A stretch of DNA of 64,000 bases from contig ML978137.1 of assembly GCA_010015805.1 (NCBI GenBank), positions 372,001 through 436,000 of the forward strand. Direction: 5' to 3'. This DNA is from Rhizodiscina lignyota. Taxonomy: Eukaryota. A model generated the notes under the pieces. The model saw only the letters and a list, made by a program, of their open reading frames with translations, searched no databases and was not told where the DNA came from. Both the position numbers and the translations under genes were made by a program. This document shows positions 35,699-48,257 of this stretch, in pieces (the first letter of the stretch is position 1; every line of letters begins with the position of its first letter).

Positions 35699-37066
35699 TT
35701 AGTTTTCCAGTGCATCATATATAACGCCCTCCAGCTCGTCCACCATAGCCCTGAAAGCCTCGTCATTCCAGGGGAAATAGTGGCTCGCAATCGTTACCGC
35801 AATGCCCGACTCCCAATCGACCCACCACTCCGAATTCCCAAGACCGTACCAGTACGCAGAGCCGGCTTTCCTACCGCTCTTCTTTTCTGAGTCTGGCATC
35901 ACTCTGTCCTTGCCCTGAACTGCGCACGCGAGGCCAATGTTTCCGCCGGGATTGAATGTGTCCATGTCGAGCTTTTTGCATATCGGTCCATCCTCTGCGA
36001 AGAGACGATAACTGAGCTGCTCGGGCGTCAAGTTTGGCTTTGCCATCTCTTTAACAGACTCTGGTTTGAGGATGCGCGCGCCAGTTGTCGGGCTTACGCC
36101 GTCGTTGAGCAGCGCCGCGAGTATGGTCGCATAGTCGCCTGCACTGTAGTACATTTCGCCGCTCACGCTGTATCCATGCTTGTTACCTTCGGGAAAGACC
36201 TTATATTCCGCGTAATTCGAAGGAAGCTTGGACCGATTGTAGTTGGTCTCCTCGGACCAAGGCGTTGCTTCCAATCCATTGGCTCCTCTCATATACGGCG
36301 TATACAGCTTTTCCAGGGGCGGAGTGGGCTCCATCATGTGCTTGATATAAGTATTCTTGAGTCCAAGTGGTACAATCACGTTCTTCGTAATGTAATTTCC
36401 GAGATTCTCGCCGATCATGTGCTCCAATATGATGGCGAGCATGTCAGGACCGAATGAATACCTAAAACGGTCTCCCGGTTCCATGGTGAAGAAGAAGTAA
36501 GTCGGATCGGTGATTGTCTGCCAGAAACTCTCGACTGCGTCCAAATCCGGGTTCATGGGAGGTACAAGCATCCTGTATTCGCGGTAGTCACCATCCAACC
36601 AGCCGTTTGAGACGCCGCAAGTGTGATTCAGCATCATCCTCGGCGTAACCGGCTTTTGGCGGTCTTTCCACAACGCCTTCTTGCTCGAAGGACCATCTGC
36701 AGTATCCTCATACCCATCTAGGATCTTCAATTTCGCCATCTCCGGAAAATGCTTCTCCATCAGCGTTGGGTCGTCCAAGTCCAGAACTCCGCGCTCAGCT
36801 AGTTGAAGGGCCATGATGACGAGCAAAAGCTTCCCCGTACTGAAGCCACGCCAGACATCATCCACAGCGAGGTCGCGCTTCTCGTCGTGCTTGTCGCTCC
36901 TGACGATCTTTCCAGAAGCATAATGGACGAGTTGATTGCCTTTCGTGTCGAGGATGCTGATCTGGGCGCCGGGGACCTTGTTCGCATTCTCCTCGGTGTG
37001 CTGGTCAAGTATTTTCTTGATCTTCTCCACTCCCTCTGGACTTAGGCGTGCTGAAGGAGCCATCAT
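35699..37066 (-). CDS. Beta-lactamase/transpeptidase-like serine hydrolase (LovD-like esterase family)
   Basis: SxxK 'FSTGK', 'VTPRMMLNHTCG', 'EPGDRFRYS', 'WYGLGNSEWWVD'. Intronless, no signal peptide. Confidence 0.88.
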   Translation of the reverse strand: MMAPSARLSPEGVEKIKKILDQHTEENANKVPGAQISILDTKGNQLVHYASGKIVRSDKHDEKRDLAVDDVWRGFSTGKLLLVIMALQLAERGVLDLDDPTLMEKHFPEMAKLKILDGYEDTADGPSSKKALWKDRQKPVTPRMMLNHTCGVSNGWLDGDYREYRMLVPPMNPDLDAVESFWQTITDPTYFFFTMEPGDRFRYSFGPDMLAIILEHMIGENLGNYITKNVIVPLGLKNTYIKHMMEPTPPLEKLYTPYMRGANGLEATPWSEETNYNRSKLPSNYAEYKVFPEGNKHGYSVSGEMYYSAGDYATILAALLNDGVSPTTGARILKPESVKEMAKPNLTPEQLSYRLFAEDGPICKKLDMDTFNPGGNIGLACAVQGKDRVMPDSEKKSGRKAGSAYWYGLGNSEWWVDWESGIAVTIASHYFPWNDEAFRAMVDELEGVIYDALEN

Positions 37067-38128
37067 GAAGGATTGAAACTCAGCCGCACCGAATAGCGAG
37101 AGGTAAGAGGGAGCGAAGGTACCAAAGCGCAAACACGCCTGGGAAACCGAAAGTATATGAGAGATCGAATTTCGCTCCAACAGCCGGAATTAAGATAAAA
37201 CAAACGTCAGTGCATTGAATTTCTTGGACTGGCGGCCGAAACGGCTTGTGTAATCCTACAAATCCGTCGTAACTTATCATTCGGCCGTGAAAGCACAGCT
37301 CATGCACAGCGCCCCACCCCTGAAAGGCTGAACTATCGTGTCGCCCTCTAAAACATACGAAAACGAGTTTTTCTTGTTACAGTAAGCGGTGCAGGCGGAT
37401 AGGGAAGCGTATTTCTTCCCCACACAGCTGAAAGACGCTTTCTGCCAGTCAGCGCTAAGTTGAGGATTCCTCATGAAGTCAGCTTCGCCAACGCTTTGAT
37501 TCTTCTCGCACGACTAGCCTCTTCCAAACGGAACACAGGAGTCGATAAGTTGCCGAAGTAGTAAGAGTGGTCACTTTAAAGACGTACACATACCGCGCCT
37601 GTATTCGTCCGTGCTGGATCCCAAAAGGATAGGATAGCTGGGAATCCTGGATGCAGCTTACGATATCAACCTCGAGAGCGGAAGCATGAATGCAGAAATA
37701 GCTAGACTCGGACGAAGTTACTGAGACGTGCTTATAGTTAATGGCAGGTAGCTCAAGATTGCTGCACCACTTTCGTGGTACACACATCCGGGCCATAGAA
37801 GTCACTCGCTCACTCCTCCATCACAACGAGGCCAGATCAATTGTTTCTGGCCCTTTCCCAGGGTGGCATGCCCACAATCCACTTCAGACATGAGACGAAG
37901 TCAACTCAAACTGTTCGGAAGATGGTCTCGCAGGATGAGGCCCTATTGTAGTATGGCGCAGCAGCAGCGAATCATGGCGCTCGCTGTGTCACCACCGTGT
38001 GGCTGAGTTCAGCCTTGCGATTGCATCTGAAGAAGTTGCATCCAGATTGACTGCAACTCACGAATGATCTCAAGGAAGGTCCATATTTCCTTCATGTTAG
38101 TGCTGATGTGCAAATTCAACGATAAGAG

Positions 38129-39273
38129 ATGGAGGCGGCAGGCTTCGTCGCATCAGTCGCTCAGCTCGCTGGTACAGGGCTAAAGCTCTCTATCGCTCTC
38201 TACGACTACGCAGAGCGGGTATCGAATGCACCGAAACGCCTCAATGACCTCGCAAAGGACGTCAAACTCACATCGTCCGTGTTGGAGCATCTCAGTGAGT
38301 TACTGACACAGGTGAGGATGATGAGGCCTGGCCATTTGCAGACTGCCAAAGATGCTATCACGGAGTGTAGTGCGACGTTCGAGGAGATGCAGGCGATCAT
38401 TGAAGATGGAGTTAGCAATTTTGGTCGATTTATGTTCCCTTTTAAAGAGTCGAAGATGCAACTGCTGAGTGCCAGAATGGCGAGTTTGAAGAGCACTTTA
38501 CAGCTGGTGCTGCAGGTACTGCAGTATGCGCTGACAATCGCCATGCAGTATGTATACCTGCTATGCCAGTATGATAATAGCCACGCTAATTGCAAATCAG
38601 GGACCCAATTTCCAGTGCCTTCAGCCTTACTGGACCATTGGCCATGGGGACGTTCCGAGCCCTCATTGAAGAGCGTGACGAGGCTAGAAAGCAGTACGAG
38701 CAGCTTAAGGTTGAAGTTGGATCCAGCAATGGCGTCACAGCAGAATCTTCCAAAGGAGCGGCCGAGCTTCAGAGGACCATGTCTAAGAATGCTGGGGAGT
38801 CCGACGTCCAATCATCTACGGCTCCAATCAACATAAATGATCAGCATTCACCGAATTCCGCTACAGGTCGAACGGCAAAAATGGGCTTTCCAGGTGAAGA
38901 CGAGCTAAAGGCGGAGGAAAAGATCGTCCACGACGAAGCAGCACAGGATACTTCGGACCATCTCGAAGAAGGCCTTCCCAACAAGAGCAGAGATTGGAAG
39001 TGTAACTTCCCAATAGCAGACTTTATGCTCGTAATAATTTCGATTCTTGTCCCGTGCCTCGGATGTTATTGCATGTTGCGACGGAGGAGAAAAGCTGAGG
39101 TGAAGTCTACGGGGATGGGCGTCGGCGAGATTCCCCTAGGTTCATATGGAATGGAAGGCCATCCGAACCGAAGGACGGAACTGTATCAGTTGGAGCACTA
39201 CGGGGCGGATACTATCTTTGAACTGGCAGGCACTGTTCCGAACCCCGTTGAACTAGACGAACCGTCAAAGTAG
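38129..39273 (+). CDS. HeLo-like (fungal STAND N-terminal) domain protein without NTPase domain, with a C-terminal hydrophobic helix
   Basis: 'MEAAGFVASVAQLAGTGLKLSIALYDYAERVSNAPKRLNDLAKDVKLTSSVL..FPFKESKMQLL..LKSTLQLVLQVL'. Intron 38548-38600 in phase. TM-like 'FMLVIISILVPCLGCYCMLRRRRK'. Confidence 0.78.
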
Positions 39274-39718
39274 CCGACTGCTCCATGCTCTACTTTTCGT
39301 TTTCCGACAAAGGGGCGGACGAACAATGTCTGGCAGGGGCTTCTTCTCTTTGCTAACAGGGGATGACGGGAGTGCTCATCACATTGGTAAATGATGAGGA
39401 ACAAGAATATGAGGCACTGGATAACGTCTCCTTTCGATTCCTCTTTGAATGGATTTGGAAGCGTTAGCTATCAGCATGACTCTTCATTAGTATGGACGGT
39501 GTGTCTCAGAACGATTTTGAAGACTTTCTGAGCATAGATGCTTATTTATCAGGCGTAAATAAGAATAAATGGATATCAACACACTTGCCAATAATGTACC
39601 ATGCCGTTTTTCCACGCATGAAAACGCCACGCTGTCGAATATCACATAACACCGGCAAAATGCCCTTCCATTGAAATGTCCATCTTGGTGATCCGCTCCG
39701 CTCATACAGAGCAATATG

Positions 39719-41587
39719 CTATCGTGTATGGACGCTGACTGCTTTGCCAGCCTCCACAATGACACCGACATCCTTCCTCTCGTCGGCGTCTTTGCCGCAG
39801 CACTCGAGGCGCTTCCATGTCGAAATTCTCGCCTCCTGAGCATCGAATTCAAAGACTCGTAATTGTCGGTGGTAGGAGCCCCAGTTTCCACCGCCGTAGC
39901 CGCCGAAGCCAGAGCCACCGGCGTAGCACATCCATAATGCGGGCTTTTCTTTCTTTCCCTCGGAGTCTCTGTGGCGCGAGAGAGCACAGTGAGAGTTCAC
40001 GTGATCACTGGGGGAGAGATGTTAGTTGTTGCTCAACAAAGGGGTGTAGAAAGTAACATACTGTCCGCAGCTTACAACGCTTACACCCTCGTTCACCAAG
40101 GCGTCTCTGAAATGACTGTTATACCCTGGCGCGGTGCAGTCCTCTTTCGTCTCTCCCGGCTTCCAACCGAATATCTCAGCATCGGGCGTCCCTGGACCCT
40201 CGTCACGATACTCCGGAAGTGGTATGTGCACAAAGGCCATGTTCGCGCGGATCAACGTATAGTCCTTATGCGCGGACGTCTCTCTGAGTGCTTGAGCAGT
40301 GCTTTGGAACCACTCAATCTGATCTGGCTTAATCCAGTCATAGCCTTTGTATTTGCTCTCGTCGGGGGTGTAGCTGTGCGTATCGAGGAAGTAGAGTGTG
40401 AGAGCAGAATGGTGAGATTCACCGAGAATTTCGATGTAGTAGTTACCGGTCCCCGAGACAGTGTTCGGACCAGGCGCGGAGAGTGAGAATGGGAGAGAGG
40501 TGGTGAGAGACATCATGGCGGAGCGGGAGAGAGAACCTTCATCGTCGTGGTTGCCATATATTGTGGCATAAGGAATGGAGCGCTTGATGAATAGGTCGGC
40601 GAATTTGAATATTGCCTGGAGCTGGTTAGCACTACGACTTTCGGTTGGCAGGGGCTCGAAGTTGAACATACACTTTGCGCATCTGGAGCAGTCTCTCCGT
40701 TGACTTGGTCACCAGATAGTACAACCATGTCCGGCTTCTCTTGATCCAGAACCCTCGCCACGAATTCCAATGTCCTCGTGTCCGCATCACATTTCCCGCC
40801 GTTGTGCTCAGGTGGTTCCGGTTCTCTACATGTCCCAATGCCGGTACTCAGATGCAGATCGCTGACTTGGAGAATCTTGAACTTTCCATTCTTCCTCACC
40901 CTTAGCTTGGGCTTGTCAATCTTATGCGGTGGGCCTCTCCGGATGCTCAGCCGCGCCTCAGGTTCGTCTGCCGGCTTGTCGAGCAATAGGGAATTCTCCC
41001 GTATCTCCCAGCCTGGACGCGGCTCGACGGCATCAGCACCGAAGAGCACATCGACGGCTGTGATGACTTTGGTCGAGTCGCTATCGTGCCGCCTCGAACT
41101 GCGTTTCAGCCATAGACCGCCGGGTCGAGACTCCCACTTCTCGTCGCCACGGTCTGCTTCGCCCATAGCCGGATCCAATCTGCCTATCCTCACATCCATG
41201 ATCACCTTTTCCTCCGGGACCAGGTCCTCCTCCCTCTTCCGCTTTATGTGGATATACGCTGCGTTCACCCATGCTTTGTTCAAATACAGATCCTTCTCTA
41301 TGCGATGCCACTCGTTCGGATCAAGCTGGCATGACGAAAGCGGGTTTAATGTTGAGCAAGTCTTGAGGGTGACGTCTGTTATTACAAGGCCGGGATGGTG
41401 GGCCGGGAGATGGTTGTGGATAGAGTTTGGCAGGACTCGATAACGGTTGTCGAGGAAGAAGAGCAGGAGGAAGACTGCGGATGCAAGGACGCCAATTTGG
41501 AGGCTTGTTCGGACCTACACGCCTGTTAGTATTGTAGTATATGCGATGAGCAGGCATAGTGGGCAGCCATACGATTCTGCGGTTCAT
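39719..41587 (-). CDS. DCR2: Calcineurin-like metallophosphoesterase, DCR2 family
   Basis: 'FKILQVSDLHL', 'VVLSGDQVNG', 'YGNHDDEG', 'AFVHIPLPEY', 'SCGH', 'MCYAGGSGFGGYGG'. N-terminal TM segment. Three introns (near 41513-41572, 40617-40674, 39991-40062; approximate). Confidence 0.92.
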
Positions 41588-41908
41588 TGTTGCGCCTGCG
41601 GAGAGAGGAAATCTAGCAGAGCGCTGAGGTTAAGGTTTCGGCCATCATCCTCTGCCAACATGCGAACTGCTGCTGGCCGAAGAGGAGCGATTCTGGAGCG
41701 GGGAGAGACAATGTCGTACTTTGTAGGGCGAGTTTGCGCCTGATCGAACTCAAATCATCGACGTTTCAGTCTTGGCGATGGGCGTGTGGCTGGAAATTCT
41801 CCGCAAAAAGGCGCAGCAGAGCCGTCATCCCTGCTCCTTTTCGCGAGCGTCGCGTGGGAGCTTTTTTTCTCGTCTCGTCTCGTCTCTCCAGCATGTCGCG
41901 AAATAAGC

Positions 41909-43352
41909 ATGCAATTGCTACAGCGTACTCTCCGGAGAACGCGTAGCACAATCCCTAAGCAGAGGATATGTCGACAATGTCTTCGACATATATCTGCATC
42001 CACTGGCACCTTCGAAGGTCTAAAAAATCTCATCCCAAAGCTTGAGCTCGAAGCTAATATCCATACAGCAGGTGACCACGTCCTTATAAAACGGAACGAC
42101 GAACTCCATTCTGAGGGTAAACTTGTTCTCAGCCTCGGACCGCAGAAAGGAACAAATTTTCATTCTGGCTCTATCTCGCACGCCAGCATAATTGGCAAGC
42201 GACCACGCGAGGTCGTAGAGACCAGCAAGGGGAGGCAGTATCGACTCTACGAGCCTACATTGGATGAATACGTGCGCCTCACACCTAGGATTTGCACACC
42301 AGTCAGTTCTCCCCGGCGTATCTGGTGCCTTCTACCGGGACAGTACGCTGACTACGGGACAGATCTATCCCGGTGATGCAAACTGCATTGTCTCACTTCT
42401 CGACATCCACGTAGCTCCACCACCTCCCGATGGCAAAGACGAGTCACCTCCATTTCGAATCCTCGAAGCAGGAACAGGCCATGGAGCCCTGACCCTCTAC
42501 CTCGCCCGAGCGATCCACGCCGCGAACCCACGACCCCCTCCTCTACCTCGACCTTCAGAATCTTCATCAGAACCAGTCGACCCTAACGAACACAGCAACA
42601 AGATGTGTGCATGGAAGGAAACACGCCGCGCCGTAATAGACTCTGTAGACAACAACACACCACGCTCACAGCACGCGCGCCGCATCGTCAAGGGCTTCCG
42701 CCGCGGCCTATACTACTCCCACATCAACTTCCACGTCGCCCAACTTTCGACTTTCCTCGACCAGGCGGTGTACGGTCTATCAAATTTTCGCCCAATGTAC
42801 AACCACATCATCCTCGATCTACCCTCACCGGATGCACACTTCGCCCATGCGGCGCAAGTGCTGCGTACGGATGGCTCGTTGCTCGTTTGGGTGCCGAGCA
42901 TCACGCAGATTATCGATGCGATGAGGCTTGTGAAGGAGCAGAACTTGCCGCTTTGGCTCGACAGGGTGGTGGAGATGGGGCAGGGCCTCACTGCGGGGAG
43001 GAGATGGGATGCTCGGTGGACGAGGATTAGACGTGTGGATCGAGAGCGGGAGATGGCGAAGAGTGGGACGAATGAAGGGGGAAATGGCACTGACTCTGAG
43101 GTCGGTAGAGGAGCTGAAGAGGACTTGAACGATTCTGCTGTTGAACAGGAGCCAGGCTCTGATGCCACGGTGGAGCCGGCAGCGGAAGCGAAGAAAGATG
43201 CAGAAGATAAGGGGCTAGCAGTAATCTGCCGGCCCAAAGTAGGCGAGATGATTGTCGGAGGCGGCTTCCTTGGCATATGGAAGAAAACGAGACCAAACTC
43301 CGAATATGAGGACACCCAATCTTCGCCATCGACGGTGAGTGCCAATATGTAA
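41909..43352 (+). CDS. tRNA (adenine-N1)-methyltransferase, Trm61/GCD14 family, probably mitochondrial
   Basis: 'PTLDEYVRLTPR..IYPGDA', 'ILEAGTGHGALT', 'ILDLPSP', 'CRPKVG'. Arg-rich presequence-like N-terminus. Intron 42302-42362. Confidence 0.88.
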
Positions 43353-43397
43353 AATAGAAGATCATGTAAAATAGAAGATCATGTAAAATAGAAGATC
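43347..43397 (+). repeat. Three perfect tandem copies of a 17 bp unit ATGTAAAATAGAAGATC spanning the stop codon
   Basis: Read directly: 43347-43363, 43364-43380, 43381-43397. Confidence 0.95.
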
Positions 43398-43653
43398 GAA
43401 GATACCCAATTCAAATGCACAACTCATTGATCATATTAAGCAAGCTCTATGGATTGATTGTGATTCCATTTTTAGTTCTAGTAAGGTAGTTGACCATCGG
43501 TATGAAACATGACATGACGCCCTGATTAGACCGAGGAAATCAAGGAAAGGTAATTCGGTATGTAACGCCTCTTATTAAGCATGCCTCAAGCCTCCGTGGT
43601 ATCTTGAAGAATGAGAAATTCCCCGTTTGCAGACTATCTCAACTTTTCGACCC

Positions 43654-46600
43654 CTACGTGTACTCGGTCAAAAAGGTCGTCAGGTCGGTCCTGCGATTAC
43701 AGTGTCAGCACTGAACAGCTTTCGTTAAGCAGGTAAATTTGAAACTTACGAAGACGTGCTGCTGGGAGCAGATGATAGACACTCGTCACAGAAGGCCGGA
43801 GCGGAGGTGCTGAGAGCAGCATCTGGGGCCGTCGGAACGCTCGTCTCAAGAGGAATCGATCTGCGTGCAATATTCCTGTTCTTGAATATCGCCTGGCACT
43901 GTTCCGGAGATGCAGCGAGGGCCGTCGCATCTTGCTGGCCGTTGCTCAACGCGTTGGCAAAGATAGTGCCCTGACAACCCCAAGACTATCCAGTGTCAGC
44001 TGAGTCCACTATAAACAGCGAACAGGGGTAGTGGTTCTTACCGTATCGGTCGAGGCCTGGGTGTAGCAATCTTGTGCCGCCTTTGCGTAGTCGCAAGTGG
44101 CGTTGTTATTGCAGCACTATTCAAGGCGAGTTAGCATGGCTGCATGATGTTTGAGGGGTTGCACAGAGGCTACTTACAACACAGTTTTGAAGTGAAACCA
44201 GGCATCCCAAGCCAGGGGTGGGAGTCTGTTCAGCCATCTTCGCTCCACCTGGCAATCCAGTGCTACCAACAGTAGTACTAGGGGTCGCTGGAGCCCATGG
44301 AGCGAGTGATGGTTGGCACTTCTGGTAGACATTATCCCAGCCATTAGGCGTGGGGCCTGTGAGGTGGAAGGCATTCCAGAAATCGGCTGAATCAAATTCA
44401 CTCATGCACAAGCCAACAGTGAGGCCATGCAGTAGAAGATTCGGATCATTCTTCAAGTTGTCCGCAAATTGATCAGAACACCAGCCCGAGCAACTGGCTT
44501 TCATGCAAGGGCTCTGGAAGTCGCAATGATCGATTAGAAAAACGCGATAAGTAGATTGTGCGAAAGCCACGCTGCACTTACATTCTGGGAGCAGATGTTC
44601 TCAAGTGCCGCCGGAGCTGCAGAGTCGAGAGTATAGTTGCAAGTCTGGAGAATGCTCATCCATGTGGCAGCTTGGGTACACTGTGTCGCACAGTAAGTCC
44701 GAATCGAGTATACCAGGCCTCCAATAGAGCGGAGGATATAGCAAGACTATTCAAGCCAAAGGAAGAAGGTTACTTACGAGATTCTGAGTGATGCTGGCTA
44801 TGCATTCTCCCACAACGCTGACGCATTGTGGCGGTGGTGGAGGATTATTGACATCTCGAGTCATTCCAATAGAGTTCGACGGTTCTTGAAGAGATCGTTT
44901 GTCCCATATGTTAGACGTCTTGTTCGCAACGAGGAAGCCGTTCGTTGGGTTGCTGCATCCGCTTGGAAGTGCATTGTTACTCGTTCCATCTTGATCTTGG
45001 TAGACCAAGGTCGGAACTCCATTGATGTTGCATTGCGGGAAGATGATTTGATTCCCCAGAGTCAGAAGCCAGGTATCGGGTCCGTTCGAACAAAGGTACC
45101 AACCCTGGCCGTACTTAATATTGCCAGAGGCTGTTCCACTTGGGTCAATAATGCCTTGGGAATCCACCACCCACACTGCCACGCCGGCGTTATTCGGATC
45201 AAGTATCTCAGTTCCCGATAAGGTATAAAGAGTGTCCTGTATCATCCATAAGCATGACTCCACAGACATAACTGCACCATCAAAATATGAGAGTACTCAC
45301 ACCCACGCCATTTACAGGTTGCGCGTTCTTGTCGTCGGTGCTGTCACCACCAGTGACGAACCGAACGTTGAACAGAGAGTTGTTGCTAGAGTCGGAACAC
45401 CCATTGAATCCGTTGAGAAGTGGGGCTGCAGGAAGTGATCCCGCCTGTGGAGCTGCCGACACCGATGAACCCGGAGCACCAGCAGTTAGAATACCTGATG
45501 CTGACGAACTGGCTGGAAGTGTAAGTGTGCCGCTGAAACTAGCTCCTTGACGCTCCTGTAGCGTTTGTTGATTGGTAAGTGTTGTAGAGGGGAGAGCACG
45601 CTTTGATAGATTGCCGGAAACAGTCGTTGAGGCCAAAACACCGCCAGATGAGATCGGCGCGGATAAAGAGTTGGTTGGAACAAGAGGAGTACTGCTCGAA
45701 GAGGTGGAATAGCAGCCAATAGGAAGCGTCGCATCGATGAGCTCATATGGATATTCGTCGACTTGCGCTTGAGTGCGCGCGACGAAAGTAATGGATGTAC
45801 AGTTCGGCACCGGTCCAACCATGAAATATGGCGATGAGCATTCTTTCCAACATCGGCTGAAGGGAGCGTTGCTAATTCTGAGAGTGCCGTTTGGAAAGAC
45901 ACTCCAGCCCGCATCATATGAGATTGCAGTATCGTGAATCGGGCCGGGTTCAATGACATCGTAGTTATCTATGATCCACGAGACATCGCCGTCCGGAACA
46001 CTAAGCAATTGACCCTTCTGGAGTGTGTACAATTGCTGGAATGCATGTCAGCAATCTATATGCATGCAAATGATGTTGCCGCCACTTACATGATCTGTCC
46101 ACTCCAGTTTTTTACCGCCCCATGGCACAGTAAATATATAGAAAGCACTGTTTGCATATTCATTGCTTCCTGCTGGTACCGGCCCCCAAGTCGGTGTGAC
46201 CTGCGCAGAGGCAAAGGCATCGGTAGCCGTTAGTACTTGTGATGAATTTGGCGGATTATTCAGCTCCGAGGAGTCCCAGTATGTGGGTATCCATGTTGTA
46301 TCGTTCGGGAACGCAGCATAAAGGAAGACGTAGTGACAACCAGGAGGTGTGTTGCCGTATACAAGTTTCCAGCTAGAGTTCGCAGTCTGTGGACAATACG
46401 CGAAAGTGATTGCCGATCCGAGGGTGAGGATGTTGTTATCGCAGATGTGCCATCTAAACAATTTTTTCATTAGTATGTTTTCGAAATATGAAGAGCGGCG
46501 AAATAGCCATACCCAGCATTGTACTTGAGCGTGGTTTCGCTCGAAACAGTACGGTTCAGAGGGTCAATCAGGGAGTTATCAAGACTAGAGACGACAAATG

Positions 46601-48257
46601 TGACATTCGAGCCCTCGGCTGTCTTCTTGACAATTTCGGTGTCCGTGAGACGGCAGGAAGCGTTTTGGCACTCCTACGAATGTTAGAGCTCTAGTTTCAA
46701 TCCATAATTGTGAACTTGCTTACAAAAAGCGTAGCGTTGGGACTCGAATTGTACATTCCTTTCATGCCAATTGTGAAAGCCTTCCCAGTCGACTGGCGGC
46801 AGTTACGGTCGCTAGGTGGCTTTCCTGGGGCAGGATGCGGTGGAGCAGGAAGTGAATTCGTGGGAGTTTTAGTCGAATTAGTCTTGGGGCGACCTGTCGG
46901 AACATGGCCAGCCGTGCTTGACAGTAGCTTGGGAATGTTGCTGAAGCTCGCGGATCCGTTTTCACTGGGCCCAAGTATCTGTGCAGGCTTGCACTGGCCA
47001 GCGCCGTTCTGCAAGTAAAGCTTCTCTTCGGTCTCGGTCTCGCCGGCGTTTTCGCTGTTGCAGGCAGTGAAGCTTAACCAAGAGCCAAGAGTTATTGTGC
47101 CATTGTCGCAGAGGTACCATCCTGCTGTATATATCGCAGTGTCCTGAGGCGGGTTGTCGTATTCAAGTTGGAAATTGCTGACAACGCTGAAGATCCGGTT
47201 TTGCGCGTCGAAGATCATACCGTCTTTAAGAGTGACCATTTTGTTATCAGCCTCCATTTTAGCCGGAGTCCCGAGCTGATCGTTGGTGAGGATGCGGTCC
47301 AATACTTTAAGCTGAAATGGGACTGGGGAGCCGCTCTTCGGATAGTTGGGATGGCAGGTCGACGCCGGAGTTGTGTCTGGTTTCATCACCGTGCTGACGC
47401 CAGTGGGGATTACCGTGGCGAGCGTCGAGGTGATAACACTCGTAGGCACCGCGGGAGTGCTCATAGTTCGCTTGCCCAAGCTCCGCGGCGGCGACGTGAC
47501 TAGGGTACCGTCAAGCCAGGTTTCCGTGCCAGAGGTTGAGACAGAGTGGGACGAAGTTGGAGGATTCGTAAAGATTCTGGTGGTTTGCGTCCAAGTTCCC
47601 GTGATAGGCGGGTGTGAAGCTGGAGCATTCTCCAAATTATGAACCGCAATGATTTGAACCTCGAAACAGCCAGGCCAGCTGTTGTTGCTCGAACCAACTT
47701 GTCCCCAATAGTCGGTATCATCGCAATCCCAGAACGTGGTGGAACCTGCGAAAGCTACGAGATTGCTGTTCTTGCAGTACGACCACGGCTGCTCGTACTG
47801 GACGCCCGATACACCGCCTTGCGTCGGGGTATCGAACACGATCCAATTGTTCGCATCTTCAATCCATATCGGCATTCCGGTGTCAAGACGGTAGAGACTA
47901 TTATCTTGGAGAGTGACGTAAATGAGCTAGATTTCATGCGTTAGTCTAGTAGTAGATGAGGAACTCGAGTATAGCTACCGGCATTGGGATATCCGGCGTG
48001 CCAGAATCGAATGTCACAGGAGCATTTGTATCAGTGACGTTTGCATAAGCGATTGCGAATGGGACGAGATAGCTTGATTCACAGCTGCCATCCGCTGGCA
48101 GAGTAGCCGTCTGAGTATCCATCCTGGTAGGCTGGATGAGGTTGGTCATCGTGAGGATCTTCGTGGATGAAGCGGCGAGAACAGATTGAGCAAAGTTCAG
48201 GAGGACGGCAGAAATGAGAAGAACGACCGCCGGTCGGATGCCAGAACTCGGAGCCAT
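43654..48257 (-). CDS. Large multi-exon secreted protein with about five PIR/Cis3 C-terminal-like domains and a Cys-rich C-terminus
   Basis: Signal peptide 'MAPSSGIRPAVVLLISAVLLNFAQSVLA'. Clearest domain: 'VTLKDGMIFDAQNRIFSVVSNFQLEYDNPPQDTAIYTAGWYLCDNGTITLGSWLSFTAC..KLY..QCKP'. Related Y-x-x-[GP]-W-x-x-[CF] units recur. About ten GT-AG introns link the ORF pieces. Confidence 0.78.
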
